The notes below the pieces were generated by a model. It was not told the DNA's origin and made no database searches. It saw only the letters and a list, made by a program, of their open reading frames with translations. From Gallionella sp. (GTDB lineage Bacteria > Pseudomonadota > Gammaproteobacteria > Burkholderiales > Gallionellaceae): 64,000 nt of DNA. The translations under genes and the position numbers were made by a program. Shown here one piece after another: positions 56,316 through 64,000 of this stretch. Location of the stretch: assembly GCA_039923775.1 (NCBI GenBank), contig JBDTCC010000022.1, positions 5,649-69,648 on the forward strand. The letters are read 5' to 3'. Position 1 is the first letter of the stretch. Every line of letters starts with the position of its first letter.

Positions 56316-58436
56316 ATGACTTATCTTATCTTCATCAGTGTCGCCCTGAGCGGAGCGTTGCTGTATTTGTTATCCAGCAACAGTGCCAATAATGAAGGTT
56401 TTTCCATCGATTATTACAGCCTGCTCGGATTGACCGGCCTGCTTGCATCGGCCTTGATGGGCCTGGTCGGCTATCAGCTGTGGCGGTTGCGCAACAAGCT
56501 CAAGAACAAGGTGTTCGGGGCCAAGTTGACGCTGAGATTGGTATTGTTTTTCACGTTGATCGGGGTGCTACCGGGCGTTTTAATCTATGTGGTGTCTGTG
56601 CAATTCCTGGACAAGAGTATCGAGTCGTGGTTTGACGTGCGCGTCGAGAAGGCTTTGGAGGGGGGGCTCAACCTCGGCAGAAGCGGCCTCGACAACAGCT
56701 TGAAGGAGCTTGCCAAAAAAGCGGAATTTACCGCAACGATGCTGGCGGGGAAACATACCCGACAATACCGGAGCGCACTGGATCAACTGGTGGACCCAGA
56801 TGTGGCGCAGCAAGCGGCCGTTTTCACCGTCAATGGAAAATTGATAGCGTCTTCCCCTGCCAATAATGCGCGACCGCCGGAAAAACCGGATGATGACCTG
56901 CTGCGCCGGGCGATGGACAAGGGCGAATATGCGGTGATCGATACCTTCCCCGACAAAGGGCTGACGCTGCTTGCGCTGGTGATGGTGAATTCCGGGACGA
57001 CAGAGGGCACACAATACGTGCTGCAATTTACCCAGCCGGTGCCCAAGCAGATTGAAGCGGATGCCGAGACCGTGCAAACGGTATACCGTGACTATCAGGA
57101 GCTGACACTCTCCCGTCTCGGATTGAAACGGTTGTATGCAATCACCCTGACGCTGTCTCTGCTGGTGGTGGTGCTGACGGCGGTATCCGCCGCATTCTAT
57201 CTCAGCGAAAGATTCGGGTCGTCGCTGGAAGCATTGGCGGAAGGTACGCGCGCAGTGGCGCAGGGGGATTTCACCGAGCAATATCCGATTCGCAGCAGCG
57301 ATGAGCTGGGCGCATTGACCGGCCTGTTTAACCAGATGACGCGCCAGTTGTTCGACGCCAGCCAGGCCAGCGAACAGCAGCAGCGCGTGGTGGAAAGTGC
57401 CAAGGCCCATCTGGAAACCGTGTTGACCCACTTGTCCTCCGGCGTGCTGGCGCTGGATCATGAATTGCGCCTGCGCTCGGTGAACACCAGCGCGGCGCAT
57501 ATCCTGGCGGCGCCTTTGCACGAAATGCAGCGCATGTCTTTGCTCCAGATTGCCGGGAAATATCCCCTGCTCAGAACTTTCTGCCAGACTGTCATGGAAG
57601 CCTTCGGTGAAACCGGGAGTGTCGAATGGGAAAGGCAGATAGAGCGGCTGAGCAGAAATGGCAATCAAATTCTGCTGATGCGCGGGACGCGGTTGCCGGA
57701 GGGCGGTGAAGCGGGTTTCGTGGTGGTGTTCGATGATATCAGCCACCTGTTGCAGGCGGAGCGACAGGCCGCATGGGGTGAGGTGGCACGACGGCTTGCG
57801 CACGAAATCAAAAATCCGCTTACACCGATACAGCTTTCGGCGGAGCGCTTGCAGCATAAACTCAGTGACAAACTTGATGAAGGCGACGCGCAACTGCTGC
57901 TGCGCGCGACGCGAACCATCGTCAGCCAGGTTTCCGCCATGAAAAACATGGTGAGCGACTTTGCAAATTATGCGCGCGGCCCGGCATTAAAGCTGTCGCA
58001 TCTGGATGTGCACAAATTGATCATGGAAGTGCTGGGTTTGTATGAAACGAGTGCCATTCATATCGTGTTGAAACTGGAAGCGTCGCAAAGCGTGGTCAAC
58101 GGAGATGCGACGCGTTTGCGGCAGGTCATCCATAACCTGCTGCAGAATGCGCAGGATGCGTTGCAGGGTGTCGCGCATCCGCAAATAACACTGCAGACCA
58201 GAACACAGGATGAAGAAATTCATCTGCGGGTCGAGGACAACGGTGCGGGCTTTCCGGCAAGCGTACTGAAGCGGGCCTTTGAACCCTACATGACGACCAA
58301 GGCCAAGGGCACCGGATTGGGGCTGGCCATTGTGAAAAAGATAGTGGAAGAACATGGCGGACACATCTCCATTGAAAATAACATAAGCGGTGGCGGGAAA
58401 GTAAGTATCAGCCTGCCGCTGGTTGAGGAGGCGTAA
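56316..58436 (+). CDS. NtrY-like HAMP-PAS sensor histidine kinase
   Basis: TM segments, SIESWFD, HAMP (DELGALTGLFNQMT), H-box ARRLAHEIKNPLTPIQLSAERL, DNGAGF, GTGLGL. Confidence 0.92.
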   Translation: MTYLIFISVALSGALLYLLSSNSANNEGFSIDYYSLLGLTGLLASALMGLVGYQLWRLRNKLKNKVFGAKLTLRLVLFFTLIGVLPGVLIYVVSVQFLDKSIESWFDVRVEKALEGGLNLGRSGLDNSLKELAKKAEFTATMLAGKHTRQYRSALDQLVDPDVAQQAAVFTVNGKLIASSPANNARPPEKPDDDLLRRAMDKGEYAVIDTFPDKGLTLLALVMVNSGTTEGTQYVLQFTQPVPKQIEADAETVQTVYRDYQELTLSRLGLKRLYAITLTLSLLVVVLTAVSAAFYLSERFGSSLEALAEGTRAVAQGDFTEQYPIRSSDELGALTGLFNQMTRQLFDASQASEQQQRVVESAKAHLETVLTHLSSGVLALDHELRLRSVNTSAAHILAAPLHEMQRMSLLQIAGKYPLLRTFCQTVMEAFGETGSVEWERQIERLSRNGNQILLMRGTRLPEGGEAGFVVVFDDISHLLQAERQAAWGEVARRLAHEIKNPLTPIQLSAERLQHKLSDKLDEGDAQLLLRATRTIVSQVSAMKNMVSDFANYARGPALKLSHLDVHKLIMEVLGLYETSAIHIVLKLEASQSVVNGDATRLRQVIHNLLQNAQDALQGVAHPQITLQTRTQDEEIHLRVEDNGAGFPASVLKRAFEPYMTTKAKGTGLGLAIVKKIVEEHGGHISIENNISGGGKVSISLPLVEEA

Positions 58437-59077
58437 TGGAAAGCAGGAATATTTTGGTGGTGGACGACGAGATCGGTATTCGCGAGTTGTTGTCGGAAAT
58501 CCTCTACGACGAGGGATATCAGGTTTATCTGGCCGAAAATGCCGAGCAGGCGCGCGCCTATCGGATCGAGCATGAACCGAGTCTGGTGTTGCTCGACATC
58601 TGGATGCCGGACACAGACGGGATTACCCTGCTCAGGGAGTGGGTCGAGCAGGATTTGCTGACCATGCCGGTCGTGATGATGTCGGGGCACGGCACGATAG
58701 AAACGGCGGTCGAGGCGACACGTATCGGCGCGGTGGATTTCCTGGAGAAACCCATTGCGCTGCAAAAGCTGCTCAGCACCATTGCCAAGGCGATCAGGGA
58801 TGATGTACCCAAACGGGAAAAGCAAACGCTTGCGGCGCAAGACCCAAAAGACACCCGGAGAATCGGCGGACGAGCGCACCAGATTTCGCTGCCCATGGAC
58901 TTGCCCCTGCGTGAGGCGCGCGACCATTTTGACGCGATTTATTTTGACTATCATCTGCAAAAAGAGGAGGGGAATGTCTCGCGAGTGGCTGAAATCATCG
59001 GGCTGGAGCGAACCCACCTTTATCGTAAACTCAAGCAACTGGGCATAAAATTCGTCAAGAAGGGCGCTGTCGAGTAA
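58436..59077 (+). CDS. NtrX-like response regulator (REC plus Fis-type HTH, no AAA+ domain)
   Basis: LVVDDE, LLDIWMPD, MSGHG, FLEKP; C-terminal LERTHLYRKLKQLGI. Confidence 0.9.
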   Translation: MESRNILVVDDEIGIRELLSEILYDEGYQVYLAENAEQARAYRIEHEPSLVLLDIWMPDTDGITLLREWVEQDLLTMPVVMMSGHGTIETAVEATRIGAVDFLEKPIALQKLLSTIAKAIRDDVPKREKQTLAAQDPKDTRRIGGRAHQISLPMDLPLREARDHFDAIYFDYHLQKEEGNVSRVAEIIGLERTHLYRKLKQLGIKFVKKGAVE

Positions 59078-59109
59078 ACCCTGCCGGGAAACCATATACA
59101 GCATGGCGG

Positions 59110-59138
59110 TTGCCCTAATCGGGGGGGTACGGCATAAT
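59110..59138 (+). promoter_or_regulatory. Putative sigma70 promoter of tkt-gap-pgk-pyk
   Basis: TTGCCC (59110-59115), 17-bp spacer, CATAAT (59133-59138). Confidence 0.55.
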
Positions 59139-59249
59139 TGCGAGCCCGAATCCGCACAGGGCACTCCTGATAAACTGCTGCAATGTTTATAGGGGTGCTT
59201 TTTACATACATAACCAATCCCGCAGGGATGATTTAAGAGGTAATAGTAA

Positions 59250-61268
59250 ATGGCTGCAACACGAAGCGTCACCCAACCAAAATTCAATGACATTACCGGC
59301 GCGATCCGTGCCTTGGCCATGGATGCTGTGCAAAAGGCCGGTTCCGGACACCCTGGCGCCCCAATGGGCATGGCAGAAATCGCCGACGTGCTATGGAACC
59401 ATCATCTTCGCCATAATCCGGCCAACCCGCACTGGGCTGACCGTGACCGCTTCGTGCTGTCCAACGGTCACGGCTCGATGCTGATTTATGCGCTGCTGCA
59501 TCTGTCCGGCTACGATTTGCCGATTGAGGAATTGAAACGTTTCCGTCAATTACATTCCAGGACCCCCGGTCACCCGGAATATGGTTATACCCCCGGTGTG
59601 GAAACCACTACCGGTCCGCTGGGTCAGGGCATCACCAATGCGGTGGGCATGGCGATGTCAGAGAAGCTGCTGGCCAACGAATTCAACAAGCCCGGCCATG
59701 AAATCGTCAACCACCACACTTACGTGTTCATGGGCGATGGTTGCATGATGGAAGGGATATCACACGAGTCGTGCGCGCTGGCCGGTACCTGGGGTCTGGG
59801 CAAGCTGACCGCGTTCTGGGACGATAATGACATTTCCATCGACGGCCATGTCGGCGCCTGGTTCACCGACAATACCGCCAAGCGTTTCGAGGCTTACGGC
59901 TGGCATGTGATTGCAGACGTCCAGGGCCACGATCCTGAAGCGCTCAATGCCGCCATTGAAGCAGCCAAGGCAGTCACCGACAAGCCCACGCTGATCTGTT
60001 GCAAGACCATCATTGGCGCCGGTTCGCCGAACAAGGAAGGCACGCACGACGTGCACGGCGCGGCACTGGGAGATGCGGAGATTGCCGCCACCCGCGCGCA
60101 CATCGGCTGGAAGTACCCGCCGTTCGAGATACCCAAGCATGTTTACGAGGCATGGGATGCACGCACCAAGGGCGCCGGGCTGGAAAACCTGTGGAACAAC
60201 AAATTCGCCGAATACAAAAAGGCGTTCCCGAAAGAAGCCGCCGAATTTGAGCGGCGTACCAAGGGTGAGCTACCCGCCAATTGGGCCGATCACGCTGCCA
60301 AGGCGATTGCGCAAATCAACGAAAAAGGCGAGACGATTGCCACGCGCAAGGCATCGCAGAACGCCATCAATGCGCTGGTTCCGGCATTGCCCGAGTTTCT
60401 CGGCGGCTCAGCCGACCTGACCGGCTCGAACCTGACCAACTGGACCGGAGCGCATCACGTAAACGGCGCCAAGCCGGGCAATTACATCAGCTACGGCGTG
60501 CGCGAATTCGGCATGTCCGCCATCATGAACGGCATGGCGCTGCACGGTGGTCTGTTGCCGTTCGGCGGCACCTTCCTGATGTTCTCCGAATATGCGCGCA
60601 ATGCACTGCGCATGGCCGCGTTGATGAAGCAGCGTGTGATATTTGTCTATACCCATGACTCCATTGGTCTGGGTGAAGACGGTCCGACACACCAGCCCGT
60701 TGAACAAACCGCCACGCTGCGCTATATCCCGAACATGGAAGTTTGGCGTCCGTGTGACACGGTCGAATCCGTTGTGTCCTGGGTTGCGGCCGTGGAACGC
60801 AAGGACGGGCCGAGCAGCCTGATATTCAGCCGCCAGAATCTGGTATTCCAGAAGCGCGACGCTGCTCAGATCGCCAATATTCGCAAGGGCGCGTATATCT
60901 TGTCCGAAGCGGCCGGCGGCAAGCCGCAAGCCGTGATCATTGCGACCGGCTCGGAAGTAAATCTCGCCATGGAAGCGCAAAAATCTCTGGCTACAGAAGG
61001 CGTGAATGTACGCGTGGTCTCGATGCCATCGACCAATGTGTTCGACAAGCAAGACCAGGCCTACAAGGACAAAGTGTTGCCCAACGGTATCAAGCGCGTG
61101 GCAGTCGAGGCCGGCGTGACCAGCGGCTGGTACAAGTATGTCGGTCTGGATGGCGCGGTCGTCGGCATGGACTGTTTCGGCGAATCCGCACCTGCCCCGG
61201 AACTGTTCAAGCACTTCGGGTTTACCACAGACAATGTGGTTGCCGCGGTGAAAAAAGTTATAGGCTGA
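59250..61268 (+). CDS. tkt: Transketolase
   Basis: [32 protein letters not shown] (TPP motif), [15 protein letters not shown]. Confidence 0.99.
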   Translation: MAATRSVTQPKFNDITGAIRALAMDAVQKAGSGHPGAPMGMAEIADVLWNHHLRHNPANPHWADRDRFVLSNGHGSMLIYALLHLSGYDLPIEELKRFRQLHSRTPGHPEYGYTPGVETTTGPLGQGITNAVGMAMSEKLLANEFNKPGHEIVNHHTYVFMGDGCMMEGISHESCALAGTWGLGKLTAFWDDNDISIDGHVGAWFTDNTAKRFEAYGWHVIADVQGHDPEALNAAIEAAKAVTDKPTLICCKTIIGAGSPNKEGTHDVHGAALGDAEIAATRAHIGWKYPPFEIPKHVYEAWDARTKGAGLENLWNNKFAEYKKAFPKEAAEFERRTKGELPANWADHAAKAIAQINEKGETIATRKASQNAINALVPALPEFLGGSADLTGSNLTNWTGAHHVNGAKPGNYISYGVREFGMSAIMNGMALHGGLLPFGGTFLMFSEYARNALRMAALMKQRVIFVYTHDSIGLGEDGPTHQPVEQTATLRYIPNMEVWRPCDTVESVVSWVAAVERKDGPSSLIFSRQNLVFQKRDAAQIANIRKGAYILSEAAGGKPQAVIIATGSEVNLAMEAQKSLATEGVNVRVVSMPSTNVFDKQDQAYKDKVLPNGIKRVAVEAGVTSGWYKYVGLDGAVVGMDCFGESAPAPELFKHFGFTTDNVVAAVKKVIG

Positions 61269-61389
61269 ATGCTCGCAACCGCCGTTGCGGCGGGACTTGC
61301 ATGAGTGTGGCGATATTAAGGTGCGCGGTCACGGCCAACGCCGCAATGGGGTAAAGGCCGTGGGGTGCGTGCTGTAGGTTTTTACATAG

Positions 61390-62403
<1,014 letters not shown>

Positions 62404-62419
62404 TCGGGTGATATGAGGC

Positions 62420-62457
62420 AGACACAGGATGCGGGATGGTTTCTGCATCCTGTGTCT
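62420..62457 (+). terminator. Strong hairpin after gap (terminator or mRNA stabiliser)
   Basis: AGACACAGGATGC / GCATCCTGTGTCT, a perfect 13-bp stem. No clean U-tract follows. Confidence 0.55.
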
Positions 62458-62543
62458 TGACCCCCGGTTTTTCACATTGCTTGAGTTGTAAGGTTTGGTT
62501 GCGAACCAATCCTTACCGCTTACTTAAATTCTGGAGATAGATA

Positions 62544-63740
62544 ATGTCCGTAATCAAAATGACCGATCTGGATCTCAAGGGCAAACGCGTCCTGATTCGC
62601 GCCGATCTTAATGTCCCCGTCAAGGATGGCAAGGTGACATCCGATGCGCGTATCTCCGCCTCGATGGCGACCATCAACTTTGCACTGGAAGCCGGGGCAC
62701 GCGTCATGGTGACCTCGCACCTGGGTCGTCCAGAAGAAGGTGTGTACTCGGAAGAAAACTCGCTCATGCCGGTTGCCAACGTCATCGCAAACAAGCTGGG
62801 TAAACCGGTACGTCTGATCAGGGATTGGGTGAACGGCGGGTTCAGCGTCGCCGAAGGTGAACTGGTATTGCTGGAAAATTGCCGCTTCAATACGGGCGAA
62901 AAAAAGAGTCTGGAAGAAACCGCAAGGAAATATGCCGCGCTGTGCGATGTCTTCGTGATGGATGCGTTTGGCACCGCACACCGGGCCGAAGCCTCGACCC
63001 ATGGCGTGGCCAAATACGCACCGGTTGCTGCCGCAGGCATCCTGCTTACCCGGGAACTGGAAGCGCTCACCAAAGCCCTGCTCGACCCTGCGCGTCCGAT
63101 GGTGGCAATCGTCGGCGGTTCCAAGGTATCCACCAAGCTGACCGTTCTGGAAAGCCTGTCGGAAAAAGTCGACCAATTGGTGGTTGGCGGCGGTATTGCC
63201 AACACCTTTCTGAAGGCGACCGGTCATCCGGTCGGCAAATCGTTGTGTGAAAATGATCTGGTACCCACCGCACAGGCATTGCTGGAAAAAATGACCGCGC
63301 GCAGTGCCAGCATTCCGATTGCCACCGATGTGGTGGTTGGCAAGGAGGCACCCTTTGTCGCGGGCAATGAAAATACCCCGGCGATCCTGAAATCGGCGAA
63401 TGACGTAACCGATGATGAAATGATTTTCGATATCGGCCCGCAGTCCGCACAGGAAATAGCCGACATCATCATGAAAGCCGGCACCGTGGTATGGAACGGA
63501 CCGGTGGGCGTGTTTGAATTCGACCAATTTGGTGAAGGTACCAAAAAGATCGCGATGGCAATTGCAGAAACAAATGCTTTCACATTGGCAGGTGGTGGCG
63601 ACACCATAGCCGCAATCCAGAAGTACGACATTTTTGACAAGGTGTCTTACATCTCCACAGCTGGCGGGGCGTTTCTGGAATTTCTCGAAGGCAAAACATT
63701 GCCCGCTGTTGAAATTCTTGAACAACGCGCCAGTCAATAA
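62544..63740 (+). CDS. pgk: Phosphoglycerate kinase
   Basis: [51 protein letters not shown]. Confidence 0.99.
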   Translation: MSVIKMTDLDLKGKRVLIRADLNVPVKDGKVTSDARISASMATINFALEAGARVMVTSHLGRPEEGVYSEENSLMPVANVIANKLGKPVRLIRDWVNGGFSVAEGELVLLENCRFNTGEKKSLEETARKYAALCDVFVMDAFGTAHRAEASTHGVAKYAPVAAAGILLTRELEALTKALLDPARPMVAIVGGSKVSTKLTVLESLSEKVDQLVVGGGIANTFLKATGHPVGKSLCENDLVPTAQALLEKMTARSASIPIATDVVVGKEAPFVAGNENTPAILKSANDVTDDEMIFDIGPQSAQEIADIIMKAGTVVWNGPVGVFEFDQFGEGTKKIAMAIAETNAFTLAGGGDTIAAIQKYDIFDKVSYISTAGGAFLEFLEGKTLPAVEILEQRASQ

Positions 63741-63754
63741 ACCTCTAGGAAAAC

Positions 63755-64000
63755 ATGCTGCGTAGAACCAAGATAGTTGCAACGCTGGGGCCGGCCTCCA
63801 GTGATCCCAAAGTGCTGGAACAAATGATAATGGCCGGTGTTGATCTGGTGCGGATGAATTTCTCCCACGGCTCCGCCCAGGACCACATGAAACGCGCTGA
63901 AACGGTGCGTGCAGTAGCCAAGATCTGCGGTCGTACCGTGGGCATACTGGCCGATTTGCAGGGCCCGAAAATCCGTATTGGCAAATTCGAGAATGACAAG
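63755..64000 (+). CDS. pyk: Pyruvate kinase (5' part, truncated by the window end)
   Basis: Manual translation: MLRRTKIVATLGPASS...RMNFSHG...ILADLQGPKIRIG. Confidence 0.96.
   Translation, partial: MLRRTKIVATLGPASSDPKVLEQMIMAGVDLVRMNFSHGSAQDHMKRAETVRAVAKICGRTVGILADLQGPKIRIGKFENDK

Noticed and set aside
56580-57893. 437-aa minus-strand ORF
   Set aside because: Antisense to the sensor kinase; no domain signature.
62520-63782. 420-aa minus-strand ORF
   Set aside because: Antisense to pgk; no domain signature.

Overview
This window is the replication-origin region of a betaproteobacterial chromosome. The gene set and protein sequences point to Nitrosomonadales, possibly Gallionellaceae (inference, no search run). 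It is mostly core genes: waaA; gyrB-dnaN-dnaA; rpmH-rnpA-yidD-yidC-mnmE-mnmG-rsmG-parA-parB; the full atpIBEFHAGDC operon; glmUS; ilvD; ubiE/ubiJ/ubiB; LPS heptose genes; lppC/rsmI; topA-smg-dprA-LysM; def-fmt-rsmB-DUF4390-ntrYX-like; and tkt-gap-pgk-pyk (partial). The probable oriC lies between dnaA and dnaN and is bracketed by two perfect parS sites. Three small accessory islets are present: DUF938/DUF482/DUF2937 after atpC; phnA/adenylate cyclase-FHA/RluA splitting the ubi cluster; and an RND efflux-TetR-TrhA-cytochrome c module. I found no rRNA, tRNA, CRISPR array, transposase or prophage. The most striking unexplained signals are non-coding. One is a tandem pair of about 50-nt hairpins between atpA and atpG whose stems co-vary and whose lengths keep the reading frame. 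The other is an ERIC-like palindromic element between def and fmt. I cannot establish a new multi-gene system from the sequence alone; the candidates below are ranked accordingly.
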